This document shows positions 36,112-46,270 of a stretch of DNA of 58,974 nt, one piece after another. The notes beneath the pieces are model-generated. The model did no database searches. It worked only from the letters and a program-made list of their open reading frames with translations, and had not been told where the DNA came from. Position 1 is the first letter of the stretch, and each line of letters begins with the position of its first letter. A program made the translations under genes and the position numbers. Origin of the DNA: Candidatus Omnitrophota bacterium. GTDB taxonomy: Bacteria; Omnitrophota; Gorgyraeia; Pluralincolimonadales; CAZUZR01. The DNA is taken from the NCBI GenBank assembly GCA_043821025.1, contig JBDRDF010000006.1, positions 1 through 58,974 on the forward strand, read 5' to 3'.

Positions 36112-36254
36112 GGCTTGTGTCCGCAAGGAACCTCTTTAGTACGAGCGGGCAGGGTTTCCGCCCGCTATCTTATTCCAGCGGAAGAGCGAGGACTAAAGCG
36201 GAGCGAGAAAAGTCACGCTGGGACTTTTCGAGCGGTTCCTAAGGAACACAAGCC
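36112..36254 (+). repeat. Structured core repeat, copy D (divergent member)
   Basis: It has the same order of GAGCGGG, GAGCGAG, GAGCGAG...CGCTGGG and GAGCGG boxes. Inner helices are compensated. The closing stem is ggcttgtgt (36112..36120) / acacaagcc (36246..36254). Confidence 0.65.
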
Positions 36255-36262
36255 GAAGTAAT

Positions 36263-37543
36263 TTATACTAAAAGCGAGTGTAAATGCTTAATGAAATCTG
36301 GATAGGATTTTATGACACAATCCATGTTGTCGATGGTGGTTTCGCCCTCTGCAGCTAAGCCGGCGATTGCCATAGACATTGCGGTCCTGTGATCGCCGAA
36401 GCTCTTCGCTTTTATACCTTTCAAATTTTTTGAGCCGACAATTGTAATTTCATCGCCTTTAACCGAAAAACTTGCGCCCATCGCTTTAAGATTGGTCGCC
36501 ATAGAGTTTATCCTGTCGGTCTCCTTATACCTTAACTCATGCGCACCTCTTATTATAGTCGTTCCGTGGGCACACGCCGCTGCAACCATTGCGACCGGCA
36601 ATTCATCTATCGCGTGCGGAATTAAATCGCCTTCTATTGAAATGCCGTGCAAATCGCTACTTTCAACGTGTATATCACCTACAGGTTCCGAAGCAACTTC
36701 CTTTATATTCTTAATCTTTATCTTCGCCCCCATAATTTTTAAAATATCTATGATGCCGGACCTCGTCGGATTTATCCCAGACCTTAAAACTATGGATGAG
36801 CCCTTTGCAATCGTTGCGCCAACGATAAAAAATGCGGCGCTGGAAATATCACCTGAAATCTCTATATCCTGTGGCTTAAGTTCGACACCGCCTCTTATAG
36901 AAACCTTAAGCCCTTCGATTGAAACCTGTGCTCCGTATGCCCTTAACATCCTCTCGGTGTGATCCCTTGATTTCGATGGTTCTGTAATCGATGAGATTCC
37001 ATCGGCGTAAAGTCCTGCCAAAAGAACAGCGGACTTTACTTGAGCGCTTGCTATTTTGGAAACATAATCTATCGCCTTTAATTTTCCGCCGTAAATTGTA
37101 ATTGGGGCGTAATTGGCGTCGTCTTTCCCTGCTATTTTTGCGCCCATAGCGCGCAAGGGTTCAACCACACGCCCCATCGGCCTTTTGGATAGCGAATTGT
37201 CTGCGGTTAAAGTCGCTTGGAAAGGTTGCCCTGCCAATATGCCCATTAAGATGCGCATCGAGGTGCCAGAATCTCCCATATATAGGTAAGTCGTTGGCTT
37301 ACTTAAACCCAAACGACCTTTGCCGCTGACGGATATCTCTCCTCGGGCCTCTTGTATATTTATCCCCAACGCCCGAAACGCAGCGATTGTAATATCTGTA
37401 TCGGCAGAATGCAAAAAGTTTCTAATCCTGCTAGTTCCATTGGCGATGGAACCTAGCATTATCGCTCTGTGGGAAATGGATTTATCGCCAGGTAAGATAA
37501 CTGAGCCGAATAATCTCTTGGCAGGTAAAATTTTGAATTCCAA
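36263..37543 (-). CDS. aroA: 3-phosphoshikimate 1-carboxyvinyltransferase (EPSP synthase)
   Basis: 426 aa with LPGDKSISHR and full-length EPSP synthase character. Confidence 0.92.
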   Translation of the reverse strand: MEFKILPAKRLFGSVILPGDKSISHRAIMLGSIANGTSRIRNFLHSADTDITIAAFRALGINIQEARGEISVSGKGRLGLSKPTTYLYMGDSGTSMRILMGILAGQPFQATLTADNSLSKRPMGRVVEPLRAMGAKIAGKDDANYAPITIYGGKLKAIDYVSKIASAQVKSAVLLAGLYADGISSITEPSKSRDHTERMLRAYGAQVSIEGLKVSIRGGVELKPQDIEISGDISSAAFFIVGATIAKGSSIVLRSGINPTRSGIIDILKIMGAKIKIKNIKEVASEPVGDIHVESSDLHGISIEGDLIPHAIDELPVAMVAAACAHGTTIIRGAHELRYKETDRINSMATNLKAMGASFSVKGDEITIVGSKNLKGIKAKSFGDHRTAMSMAIAGLAAEGETTIDNMDCVIKSYPDFIKHLHSLLV

Positions 37544-37544
37544 A

Positions 37545-38312
37545 TTACAAGGCTTTCGCTAAATCGCCCTCTTTAATTTCTCCGCTATCCGGCAAGATAT
37601 TCGCCGCGGACATCGTCTCATAAACCTTTTCGACTTGCGCCTTTCCTATTAAATTCCCATCTCTATAAACGCCGAAGACTATGCCCGGGGTTATCCCTTT
37701 ATTGTTTCCTGCTCCTATTACTATGAAATTGAAATCTTTATTGACGACCAGTACTTTTCCTTCTTGGCCGCTGCCGGGCTTCACCACTATCTTATCTAAT
37801 TCAACTTCTTTTTTCGACTGTAATTCCTGAATCTGTTTTGCGAGGGATTCGTTCTGCGTTTTGATGGTCTTTAACTGATCTTGAAGGGACGTATGTTCTT
37901 TCTTTATCTTATCAAATTGCTCCTGAAGGGCAAGCTTCTCTTTCCTTTCACTTTCCAAACTAGTCCTTAAGGTTTCGGCTGCGTGCGATATTTCATCGAA
38001 TTTAGATAATGCTTCCTCTTTCGCCTTTTTCTCATCGGCGAGTGTGGCGGCCAATTCTTCGGCTTGGCTTTGCAAACTTGTAAATTGTCCTTCAGTGCTT
38101 GCTAATTGAGACTCTAGGTCAGCTCGTATTCTCTTCTGTTCTTCCAATTCATTCTGAAGCGCTTCTTTGACCTGAATAGCTTCCTGTAGCGATTTCTCTG
38201 AAGAGAGACGAGCTTTGTTTGCTTGCTGTCTTCCGAGGAATTGCTGGATTGCGACTAATAAAAATACAATACATAATAATGACAATAATATAACAGGTAG
38301 CCGCGATTTCAT
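37545..38312 (-). CDS. Membrane-anchored coiled-coil protein with a small C-terminal beta-rich domain, unknown function
   Basis: 255 aa: a TM helix, about 150 aa of Q/E/K/L-rich heptads, then a GKVLVVNKDFNFIVIGAG...GDLA domain. Confidence 0.5.
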   Translation of the reverse strand: MKSRLPVILLSLLCIVFLLVAIQQFLGRQQANKARLSSEKSLQEAIQVKEALQNELEEQKRIRADLESQLASTEGQFTSLQSQAEELAATLADEKKAKEEALSKFDEISHAAETLRTSLESERKEKLALQEQFDKIKKEHTSLQDQLKTIKTQNESLAKQIQELQSKKEVELDKIVVKPGSGQEGKVLVVNKDFNFIVIGAGNNKGITPGIVFGVYRDGNLIGKAQVEKVYETMSAANILPDSGEIKEGDLAKAL

Positions 38313-38382
38313 TTAACCCCTCCTTTGTAGTGTTCTCTTCCTTTAATGAATTTTGATCCGCTTCTTAAATTCACTTTAATTT

Positions 38383-38411
38383 AGTATATAGAAAACAATG
38401 TAAAAATGCAA
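38383..38411 (-). promoter_or_regulatory. Putative sigma70-type promoter for the coiled-coil gene and aroA
   Basis: TTGCAT (38411..38406), 17 nt, TATACT (38388..38383). Confidence 0.45.
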
Positions 38412-38452
38412 GAAAAATTTTACCCCTACACCAATATCATTGGTGTAGGGGT
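38412..38452 (-). terminator. Rho-independent terminator after rluD
   Basis: Perfect 14-bp stem acccctacaccaat / attggtgtaggggt (38422..38452) with a 3-nt loop. On the minus strand it is followed by AAAAUUUUUCU. Confidence 0.6.
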
Positions 38453-39343
38453 TTAGCCGATTAACCTTTTTATGTCATTCGGTAATTCGGCCACGAATTC
38501 TAGATTCGCGCCCGTTCGCGGATGGCGAAAACTTAAAGCGTAAGAGTGTAACGCCTGCCTATTAAATTTACCTTTCGCCCCGTATTTCTCATCACCTAAG
38601 ATGGGATGGCCTAAATACGCCATATGGACTCTGATTTGATGGGTCCTGCCCGTCTTTAAATTCAATTCAACCATCGTAAAATCCTTGAATCGCTTAAGAA
38701 CCTTATATTCGGTAACCGCCTTTTTCGGCGAATCATAACGCACGGCCATCTTTTGTCTAAGGCGGGGGTGCCTTCCTATCGGCAAATCGACAACTCCCTC
38801 ATCTAATTCCACAACGCCCTTCACTAATGCGATGTATCTCTTTTTTATAGTCCGCTCCTTAAACTGTTTTGCAAGTTCCGCATGGCTGAAATTATTCTTC
38901 GCAATAACCATAATCCCCGATGTATCCTTATCCAACCTATGGACAATTCCAGGCCGAGCCTCATCTACTGCGGAAAGAGTTTTACAATGGTGAAGCAGCG
39001 CATTCACTAAAGTCCCAGAAGTAATCCCTGGCCCTGGATGGGAAGCAATCCCCGGTGGTTTATTAACTACTATTATGTCATCGTCTTCGTAAATTATATT
39101 AAGCGGGATATCCTCTGGCTCTAAGCCTGAAAGCGGTAGTTCTTCTAAGGCAACTTCTATCTTCTCGCCGGGTTTAACCCTATGATGCACTTTAACCCTT
39201 ACGCCATTAACCAAAATATTTCCGTTATCTATCAATCTTTTAATGTGGGAGCGGGAGATCGGTTTAGGAAAAACGGAAACCAAATACTGGTCGAGGCGAA
39301 TTGAAGGCTCGCGCTCGCTTACCTCGAAGGTAAATTTTTCCAT
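38453..39343 (-). CDS. rluD: 23S rRNA pseudouridine synthase, RluA/RluD family
   Basis: S4-like N-terminus, with HRLDKDTSG and the catalytic region. Confidence 0.88.
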   Translation of the reverse strand: MEKFTFEVSEREPSIRLDQYLVSVFPKPISRSHIKRLIDNGNILVNGVRVKVHHRVKPGEKIEVALEELPLSGLEPEDIPLNIIYEDDDIIVVNKPPGIASHPGPGITSGTLVNALLHHCKTLSAVDEARPGIVHRLDKDTSGIMVIAKNNFSHAELAKQFKERTIKKRYIALVKGVVELDEGVVDLPIGRHPRLRQKMAVRYDSPKKAVTEYKVLKRFKDFTMVELNLKTGRTHQIRVHMAYLGHPILGDEKYGAKGKFNRQALHSYALSFRHPRTGANLEFVAELPNDIKRLIG

Positions 39344-40041
39344 AATATAATCGTCGTCGCTAAAACTATTACCGAAATAATTTGATAAACGGTAAGCCCC
39401 ATTAACACTATCGGATTGTCTCCCCTTAAAAACTCATTGAAGAATCTAAGGGTCGAATAGAATATCAAATATAAAAAGAACGTCTTCCCATCGCCGGGTT
39501 TTCGCCCTCTTAAAATTAAATAGACCAAAAACATCGCCACCGATTCATAAAGTTGTGTCGGATGAACCGGAACCTCTGCTGGGCCAAATCTTACTCCTAT
39601 GGCAAGCGTCGTAGGTTTGCCATAACAACAACCGTTTAAAAAACATCCGATTCGACCTATTGCCTGACCTAGAGCGACATATGGGATTATTAAATCGCCT
39701 GCCTTTAAAAGGGGAAGTTTCTTTGCACGCAAAAACCATATGGCAACTAAAATCGCTAAGATAAGGCCGCCATACCAAGCTAACCCTCCCCTCCAAATCA
39801 TCAGGACTTGAAGAGAATCGTCTTTATAATACTCTAAATTCAGGAAAACGTATAAGAGGCGAGCGCCCAAAATCCCTGCGATGATAAGGTAAATCCCTAA
39901 GTCAAGTATAGCGCCGCCATCCATTCCGATAGAGAACGCGCGTCGTCTCGCCAAAAATATAGCGAGCAAAAAAGCGAACGCAAGCATCAATCCATAGGAA
40001 TATATGTGTATCGGACCAAACTTGAACAGGACGGGATACAT
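39319..40041 (-). CDS. lgt: Prolipoprotein diacylglyceryl transferase
   Basis: 240-aa polytopic protein with GARLLYV, GGLAWYGG and HPTQLYES blocks. Confidence 0.88.
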   Translation of the reverse strand: MYPVLFKFGPIHIYSYGLMLAFAFLLAIFLARRRAFSIGMDGGAILDLGIYLIIAGILGARLLYVFLNLEYYKDDSLQVLMIWRGGLAWYGGLILAILVAIWFLRAKKLPLLKAGDLIIPYVALGQAIGRIGCFLNGCCYGKPTTLAIGVRFGPAEVPVHPTQLYESVAMFLVYLILRGRKPGDGKTFFLYLIFYSTLRFFNEFLRGDNPIVLMGLTVYQIISVIVLATTIILWKNLPSR

Positions 40042-40051
40042 CTATATCTTC

Positions 40052-40471
40052 TTACCTTTTGATAATCAATAGAAACAACAAAAACGTACCGATAGATATG
40101 CACGAATCTGCTACGTTAAATACCGGCCAAACTTTAAAATCCAAAAAATCGACGACGTAGCCGAACCGTAACCTATCGATTGAATTTCCTATCGCTCCCC
40201 CTAAGATTAGTGCCAACGGTAGATATGAATTCACCTTCTTTTTGCTTAAAAAATATATGATAAATGTGATTGCTAAACCTGAGACTAAAATAAAAAAGGC
40301 GGCCTGATTTTTAAATAATCCGAAGGCCGCGCCAGTATTCTTAACCAATGTCAGATAAAATATTTTATTGATTATTAAGTAGGACTCACCGTACTTCAGG
40401 CAGGTTATGACTATCGCTTTCGTAATTTGGTCAAGGATAACTACGAAAATAGCGATTAGGAAAGGACACAT
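40052..40471 (-). CDS. lspA: Lipoprotein signal peptidase II
   Basis: 139 aa with NTGAAFG and FNVADS motifs. Confidence 0.88.
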   Translation of the reverse strand: MCPFLIAIFVVILDQITKAIVITCLKYGESYLIINKIFYLTLVKNTGAAFGLFKNQAAFFILVSGLAITFIIYFLSKKKVNSYLPLALILGGAIGNSIDRLRFGYVVDFLDFKVWPVFNVADSCISIGTFLLFLLIIKR

Positions 40472-40863
40472 TAAATTATCTTCTTTTTAGGCTCCTCCTT
40501 TGATTGGCATTCTACGCAAAGGCTTGCATATGGAACGGCTAAAAGTCTGTTTTTTGCAATCGGCTTTTCGCAACTTACACAATTGCCATATGTTTTATCA
40601 TCTATGTGTTTGAGCGCTTCATCTATTGCGTAAAGTATCTTCTGTTGAACGTTCGTCGCTATGCCTAAAGAAAACTCCCTATCAAAGTTGTCGGTCGCTA
40701 CGTCTGCCATGTGAAAAGTATATGCGGATAAATCGCCAGCAGCATCTCGCTGCGATTTGCTGAGCATATCCTTTTCAACGTGTTGTATCTCGCTTAAAAT
40801 ATTTTCCTTCTTTTTGAGCAATATCTTCTTAAATTTCTCCAGTTCTTTTTTTGTCATCTTCAT
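40471..40863 (-). CDS. DksA/TraR-family C4 zinc-finger protein
   Basis: CVSC...(17)...CVEC finger with a coiled-coil N-terminus. Confidence 0.75.
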   Translation of the reverse strand: MKMTKKELEKFKKILLKKKENILSEIQHVEKDMLSKSQRDAAGDLSAYTFHMADVATDNFDREFSLGIATNVQQKILYAIDEALKHIDDKTYGNCVSCEKPIAKNRLLAVPYASLCVECQSKEEPKKKII

Positions 40864-40879
40864 ATCTAGCGTTCTCCCT

Positions 40880-43654
40880 TCATCTTCTACTTAACACCCC
40901 TACGCACCGCGAACACAATTTTGGATGAGATGCGTCTTTTCCAACGCTTAAAGAATAATTCCAACAACGTTCGCATTTCTGACCAGCTGCTTTATCTACA
41001 TAAACGCCTACATCCTCGACCTCTAAAAGTCCCTTTTTATCCTTTGGAATTTCCTTGACGTTCTCTAATTTGAAATCCGAGACAATGAATACGCTTGCCA
41101 ATTCATTTGTATAGCCACGCAAAAAATCATATTTATTAGCATCTTTTATGTATAAAGTAACCGAGGCCTCCATAGAATCACCGATTAAATTACTCATCCT
41201 CTTTCCCTCAAGCGCCTTCATCACATAAGGACGTAGGTTAAGTATCTTATCCCACCTTTCCTCTATATCTTTATCAATATATCCTTCGCGAATCTCCGGC
41301 CACAACGAAGTATGCACGCTCTTATCTGCGTCAACCAATGGTAGCTTCGACCAAATCTCATCAGCGGTAAAAGGAGCAATAGGAGCTAACGATTTCACTA
41401 GTATAAAGATTACATCATAAATCGTTGTCTGACAAGACCTGCGCTCTTTTGAGTTCGGCGCATAAGTATACAACCTATCTTTCAAAACGTCAAGATAAAA
41501 ACTCGATAATTCAATTGTGCAGAAATTATAGATTAAACGAAAGACCTTGTGAAATTCAAAATCGTCATATGCTTTTGTTATCTCCTCTAATAGTGAGTTC
41601 GCCTTTGATGCAGCCCACTTGTCGATCTCTAAAAGTTCGCTATATGCAATCCTATTATCTCTGGGATTGAAGTCGTATAAATTACCGACTATGAATCGAC
41701 AGGTATTTCTAATCTTTCTATATGCTTCGGATGTCCGTTCGAGTATCTCCTTAGAGATTCTGATATCTTCGTAGTAGTCGCAAGATGCAGCCCACATCCT
41801 CAAAACGTCGGCTCCGTAAGAAGCAATTATATCTTGTGGCGAGATGACGTTTCCTAACGATTTCGACATCTTCCTTCCTTCTCCATCAACGACAAAGCCA
41901 TGGGTCAAGACACCTTTAAACGGCGCTTTATTATCGATTGGCATAGAAGTTAAGATGGCGCTCTGAAACCAACCGCGGTGCTGGTCGCTTCCCTCGAGAT
42001 ATAAATCAGCGGGAAATCGAAGTTCATTTCTTTTTTTAAGCACCGCCTGATGACTTACCCCCGAATCAAACCAGACATCTATTATATCTTCCTCTTTCTT
42101 AAATTTATTTCCACCGCATGAACAAGTAAAATTAGGTGGCAATAATTCCTCCGCAGTCTTAATAAACCAAATATTCGAACCATCTTTTTCCATTAAATCT
42201 GCTACATTATTTATCAATCTCGAATCCAGAATCGGCTTTTTACAATCCTCGCAATAGAAAGCAGGGATAGGAACGCCCCAATACCTCTGACGAGAAAGGC
42301 ACCAATCGGGCCTGTTAGTAATCATAGCCGATATCCTCTTCTCTCCAATTTGCGGAATCCATTTCACGCCCTTTACTACCTTAAGTGTATTTTTTCTTAA
42401 CTCCTTGTTATCGACGTTCATAAACCACTGGACCGTCGCCCTGAATATAACCGGCTCCTTACATCTCCAGCAATGAGGATATGAGTGCGTGATTTCTCCA
42501 GCATATAAAAGGTTACCGTCTTTCTTTAATCTCTCTATAATTGCAGCGTTGGCTTTAAAAACATTTAACTCTGAAAATTCGCCGGCTGTTTTATCGAACT
42601 TTCCTTTTTCATCAACGGGCATAATCGTCGGCAATCCATATTTTTGCCCTGTCAAATAATCTTCTTGACCATGTCCTGGCGCGGTGTGAACGCACCCCGT
42701 CCCTTCCTCGTTAGAAACATAATTGGCCAAAACAACTTTTCCCTCTCGCCCGCTAAATGGATGAATATATTTTAATCCCTCTAAATCCTTGCCTTTAAGC
42801 GCCCCTATCTTTTTATAATTTTTAAAATTCAATTTCTCTATAACTGCGTTGAGCAAATCCTCCGCCACAAAGAAATTTTCGTCTCCTACCTTTATCTCAA
42901 CATAAAAATATTCTGGATGAACCGCAACAGCCACGTTTGAAACCAACGTCCATGGAGTTGTCGTCCAAATAATTAAATAATGCTTATCATCCTCGACCTT
43001 TGGGTCTTTAATCTTAAACTTCGCATATATCGACGGCGAAGTGTGGTCTTCGTATCCAACCTCTGCTTCTGCAAGTGCGGTTTCGCATTTAATGCACCAA
43101 TTAACCGGTTTTACTCCTTTATAAATATATCCATCCTCAACCAACTTCGCGAATGCGCGCACAATCTCGGCAACGTACTCCGGTTTTAATGTAAGGTAAG
43201 GATTCTCCCAATCGCCGAATACGCCAAGCCGCTTGAATTGTTCTTTCTGCACCTCAACATATTTCAACGCATAATCTGCCGCTTTCTTCCTAAATTCGAG
43301 TTGTCCTACCTCTGATTTTGAAATGCCTAATTCTTTGAACAACTGATGTTCAACAGGAAGGCCGTGGCAATCCCAACCCGGTACATAAGGCGCATCGTAT
43401 CCGCGCATCGTCTTATATTTGACGATGATATCCTTCAACGTCTTATTTAGTGAGTGGCCGATATGGATATCGCCGTTCGCATATGGCGGGCCATCGTGCA
43501 ATATATATTTCGGCCTTCCGGAAAATTTCTTCCGAATAAGGCAATATAGCTCTATCTTATCCCAAAATTTTAAAATCTCGGGCTCCCTTTTAGGAAGCTG
43601 TGCTTTCATCGGAAAATCCGTCTTAGGTAAATTTAACGTATCCTTATAATTCAT
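40880..43654 (-). CDS. ileS: Isoleucyl-tRNA synthetase
   Basis: 924 aa with HIGH (DIHIGH), KMSKS and a C-terminal Cys cluster. Confidence 0.95.
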   Translation of the reverse strand: MNYKDTLNLPKTDFPMKAQLPKREPEILKFWDKIELYCLIRKKFSGRPKYILHDGPPYANGDIHIGHSLNKTLKDIIVKYKTMRGYDAPYVPGWDCHGLPVEHQLFKELGISKSEVGQLEFRKKAADYALKYVEVQKEQFKRLGVFGDWENPYLTLKPEYVAEIVRAFAKLVEDGYIYKGVKPVNWCIKCETALAEAEVGYEDHTSPSIYAKFKIKDPKVEDDKHYLIIWTTTPWTLVSNVAVAVHPEYFYVEIKVGDENFFVAEDLLNAVIEKLNFKNYKKIGALKGKDLEGLKYIHPFSGREGKVVLANYVSNEEGTGCVHTAPGHGQEDYLTGQKYGLPTIMPVDEKGKFDKTAGEFSELNVFKANAAIIERLKKDGNLLYAGEITHSYPHCWRCKEPVIFRATVQWFMNVDNKELRKNTLKVVKGVKWIPQIGEKRISAMITNRPDWCLSRQRYWGVPIPAFYCEDCKKPILDSRLINNVADLMEKDGSNIWFIKTAEELLPPNFTCSCGGNKFKKEEDIIDVWFDSGVSHQAVLKKRNELRFPADLYLEGSDQHRGWFQSAILTSMPIDNKAPFKGVLTHGFVVDGEGRKMSKSLGNVISPQDIIASYGADVLRMWAASCDYYEDIRISKEILERTSEAYRKIRNTCRFIVGNLYDFNPRDNRIAYSELLEIDKWAASKANSLLEEITKAYDDFEFHKVFRLIYNFCTIELSSFYLDVLKDRLYTYAPNSKERRSCQTTIYDVIFILVKSLAPIAPFTADEIWSKLPLVDADKSVHTSLWPEIREGYIDKDIEERWDKILNLRPYVMKALEGKRMSNLIGDSMEASVTLYIKDANKYDFLRGYTNELASVFIVSDFKLENVKEIPKDKKGLLEVEDVGVYVDKAAGQKCERCWNYSLSVGKDASHPKLCSRCVGVLSRR

Positions 43655-44481
43655 ATTCTTTCGATTAACTTATAAATGAGTTTTGTAAGGCGCGGTTCTG
43701 CCTCATTGGCGATTTTGATGATCTCTTCTATATTTGAGGGCTTCAATGTATCAGGAATACATACATCGGTAATGCAACTTATGCCAAATATACGAAGACC
43801 TGCGTGTCTTGCGACGACCACTTCTGGAACGGTTGACATCCCGACCGCATCCGCTCCAATTGCGTGGAAAAATCTATACTCCGCCCTCGTCTCTAGATTA
43901 GGGCCGGTTACGCCGATGTAAACTCCCTTATGTAATTTTATCTTCTCCTCAAGGGCGACCTTTTCGGCCAGTTTTATCAACTTCAAATCATACGGGTCAC
44001 ACATATCCGGAAATCTAGGGCCCAGACTCTCATCATTTGGCCCTATCAACGGGTTTATGCCCATCAGATTTATGTGGTCAACTATCGCCATCAAATCCCC
44101 TGCTTTAAACAACGGGTTCATCCCGCCAGCCGCGTTTGACACAATCAAAATCTTTGCGCCCAACGCTTTGACGACCCTTACCGGATAAGTTACTTCTTGT
44201 AAGGAATAGCCCTCATAATAATGAAATCTGCCCTCTAATGCCACCACTTTTTTGTTTCCTATTTTGCCGAATACCAATTCCCCTTTATGACCGATTGCAG
44301 TCGATACTGGAAAATGGGGTATCTTGGAATATTCGATGCTTTTTCTTCCGCTAATCCTCTCGGCCAATTTTCCCAGGCCCGTCCCTAAAATAATCGCAAT
44401 CTGCGGCGAGACCCTAAACTCCGACTTGATAAATTCAACCGTCTCGTTTAATTTCCTTCTTAAATCTTCCATCTTTTTCAA
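43651..44481 (-). CDS. punA: Purine nucleoside phosphorylase (PunA/PNP family 2)
   Basis: 276 aa with GHKGELVFGKI...EGRFHYYEG...SNAAGG blocks. Confidence 0.85.
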   Translation of the reverse strand: MKKMEDLRRKLNETVEFIKSEFRVSPQIAIILGTGLGKLAERISGRKSIEYSKIPHFPVSTAIGHKGELVFGKIGNKKVVALEGRFHYYEGYSLQEVTYPVRVVKALGAKILIVSNAAGGMNPLFKAGDLMAIVDHINLMGINPLIGPNDESLGPRFPDMCDPYDLKLIKLAEKVALEEKIKLHKGVYIGVTGPNLETRAEYRFFHAIGADAVGMSTVPEVVVARHAGLRIFGISCITDVCIPDTLKPSNIEEIIKIANEAEPRLTKLIYKLIERI

Positions 44482-44487
44482 TCCTCC

Positions 44488-44787
44488 TTAAAATTTTAAT
44501 CTCGTGCCAAAATCAATTAAAGTTAAGACTAAAAATTTCTGCAAGAAAATCAAAATTAAAATCGCTATTACAGGTGAAATGTCAAATGGTCCAAGAGTAG
44601 GCATAAACCTTCTTATCGGTGCCAAAATGGGATCCGTCGCCCTATTTAAAAATTGTACTATTGGATTAAAGGGGTCTGGATTTACCCAACTGATTAACGC
44701 GCGTACAAGAATAAGCCAATATAATATTGGAATTGCTATCTCTAAGGCTCGAGCAAGCCCAATAAAAAAATTTCCCAAAACAAACAT
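44488..44787 (-). CDS. yggT: YggT/YlmG-family membrane protein
   Basis: 99 aa with ALISWV and P...R.. motifs, in the ylm context. Confidence 0.8.
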   Translation of the reverse strand: MFVLGNFFIGLARALEIAIPILYWLILVRALISWVNPDPFNPIVQFLNRATDPILAPIRRFMPTLGPFDISPVIAILILIFLQKFLVLTLIDFGTRLKF

Positions 44788-44793
44788 TAGTCT

Positions 44794-45612
44794 TTAGCTC
44801 CTCGACAATTCCTTGGAACGTCTTATCGCTGCGCGCACTGCACAAGCGATGATCTTCCTCGTACCCGACTTTTCAAATACCCTTATCGCAGCTTCGGTTG
44901 TGCCGCCCTTTGATGTTACGCGTTGGCGAAGCACTCCTGCGTCTTCTTCAGATTCAATGAGCAGTCGAGCACTACCCAAAGCTGTCTTTGAAACCAACTT
45001 CTTTAAAATTTCCTTTTTCAATCCTAAATCTATGCCTGCATCTACCAAGGCCTCTATCAAATAAAAGAAATACGCCGGACCGCTACCGGAAATAGCGGTT
45101 ACTAAATCGAAATATTTTTCGCCCAATTCCACACAATCCCCAGCGCTAAAAAATATCGCCTTCGCAATTTTCAAATCGCCCTTTGTGGCGTACCTGCCCT
45201 TACAAATAGCGGATATACCTTCGCCGACCAAAGCGGGTGTATTAGGCATGGCCCTTACAACGCGTGGACGTTTCCCTAACTTTTTTTCGATGCGCCGAGT
45301 CCTTACACCGGCTGCGATAGAAATAAGTAGTTTCTTTTTTCCAAAAAGAGATATATCGCTTAAAACTAAATCCATATCCTTTGGCTTAACTGCCATAATT
45401 ATCGCATCGGAGCGTTCGCTAAGTCCTTCAATGGATTGCGCTATCGATATGCGGAATCGCCGCTTGATATTCTGACATTTCTTTAAGTCAACATCGTATC
45501 CAAACAACCGATTCCTCTTGACTGCGCCACTTTTTATTAAGCCCTTTAATAGAGCGCAGCCCATATTGCCTAATCCGATTACGCCGATAGTCTTATCCTT
45601 CAAATATCGCAC
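44794..45612 (-). CDS. proC: Pyrroline-5-carboxylate reductase
   Basis: 272 aa with a GLGNMG Rossmann motif and a P5CR C-terminal domain. Confidence 0.9.
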   Translation of the reverse strand: MRYLKDKTIGVIGLGNMGCALLKGLIKSGAVKRNRLFGYDVDLKKCQNIKRRFRISIAQSIEGLSERSDAIIMAVKPKDMDLVLSDISLFGKKKLLISIAAGVRTRRIEKKLGKRPRVVRAMPNTPALVGEGISAICKGRYATKGDLKIAKAIFFSAGDCVELGEKYFDLVTAISGSGPAYFFYLIEALVDAGIDLGLKKEILKKLVSKTALGSARLLIESEEDAGVLRQRVTSKGGTTEAAIRVFEKSGTRKIIACAVRAAIRRSKELSRS

Positions 45613-46270
45613 GGCCTATCCTCACCATATTCGCACCTACTTCGATCGCCACCTCAAAATCCTGCGTCATCCCCATAGAGAGCCATTGCATTCTAACATT
45701 TTCTACCTTCCTTGCCGCAATCGCCTGCGACAATTCTCTCGTTCTTCTAAAATACGGCCTTGCCTTTTCTGGTGCATCAACTACCGGCGCCATCGTCATC
45801 AATCCCATAACCCTCAAATTAGGCAAGGTGGATATTTCTTCGATTAAATTCGACACGCCTTCCGGCAAAACCCCGTACTTCGTCGCCTCCGCAGAGGTCT
45901 TAACCTCTATTAATATATCTTTTACAATCCTTAACTTACTTGCCTGTTTTGAAATCTTTTGTGCCAATTTCAACGAATCAACCGAATGTATCAAATCGAA
46001 AATGTAAACTGCATCTTTTACTTTATTTGTTTGAAGGTGACCTATAAAATGCCATTTGACCTTTTTTCCGATCGCAACGAATTTTTTAACCGCATCCTGA
46101 ATATAATTTTCTCCTATATCCGTAACGCCTGCTTTAATCGCCTGCTCAATCTGTGGTATTCCAACTTCTTTTGTAACGCAAACTAAAACTATTTCATCGC
46201 CGCTTCTGCCAACGCGCTTGGCTGCATCCTCAATCCTTCGCCTTACGTGCATTAAATTTTCATAAATCAT
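45593..46270 (-). CDS. yggS: YggS/YlmE-family PLP-binding protein
   Basis: 225 aa with VTK...GENY.Q and HFIGHLQTNK blocks. Confidence 0.88.
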   Translation of the reverse strand: MIYENLMHVRRRIEDAAKRVGRSGDEIVLVCVTKEVGIPQIEQAIKAGVTDIGENYIQDAVKKFVAIGKKVKWHFIGHLQTNKVKDAVYIFDLIHSVDSLKLAQKISKQASKLRIVKDILIEVKTSAEATKYGVLPEGVSNLIEEISTLPNLRVMGLMTMAPVVDAPEKARPYFRRTRELSQAIAARKVENVRMQWLSMGMTQDFEVAIEVGANMVRIGRAIFEG

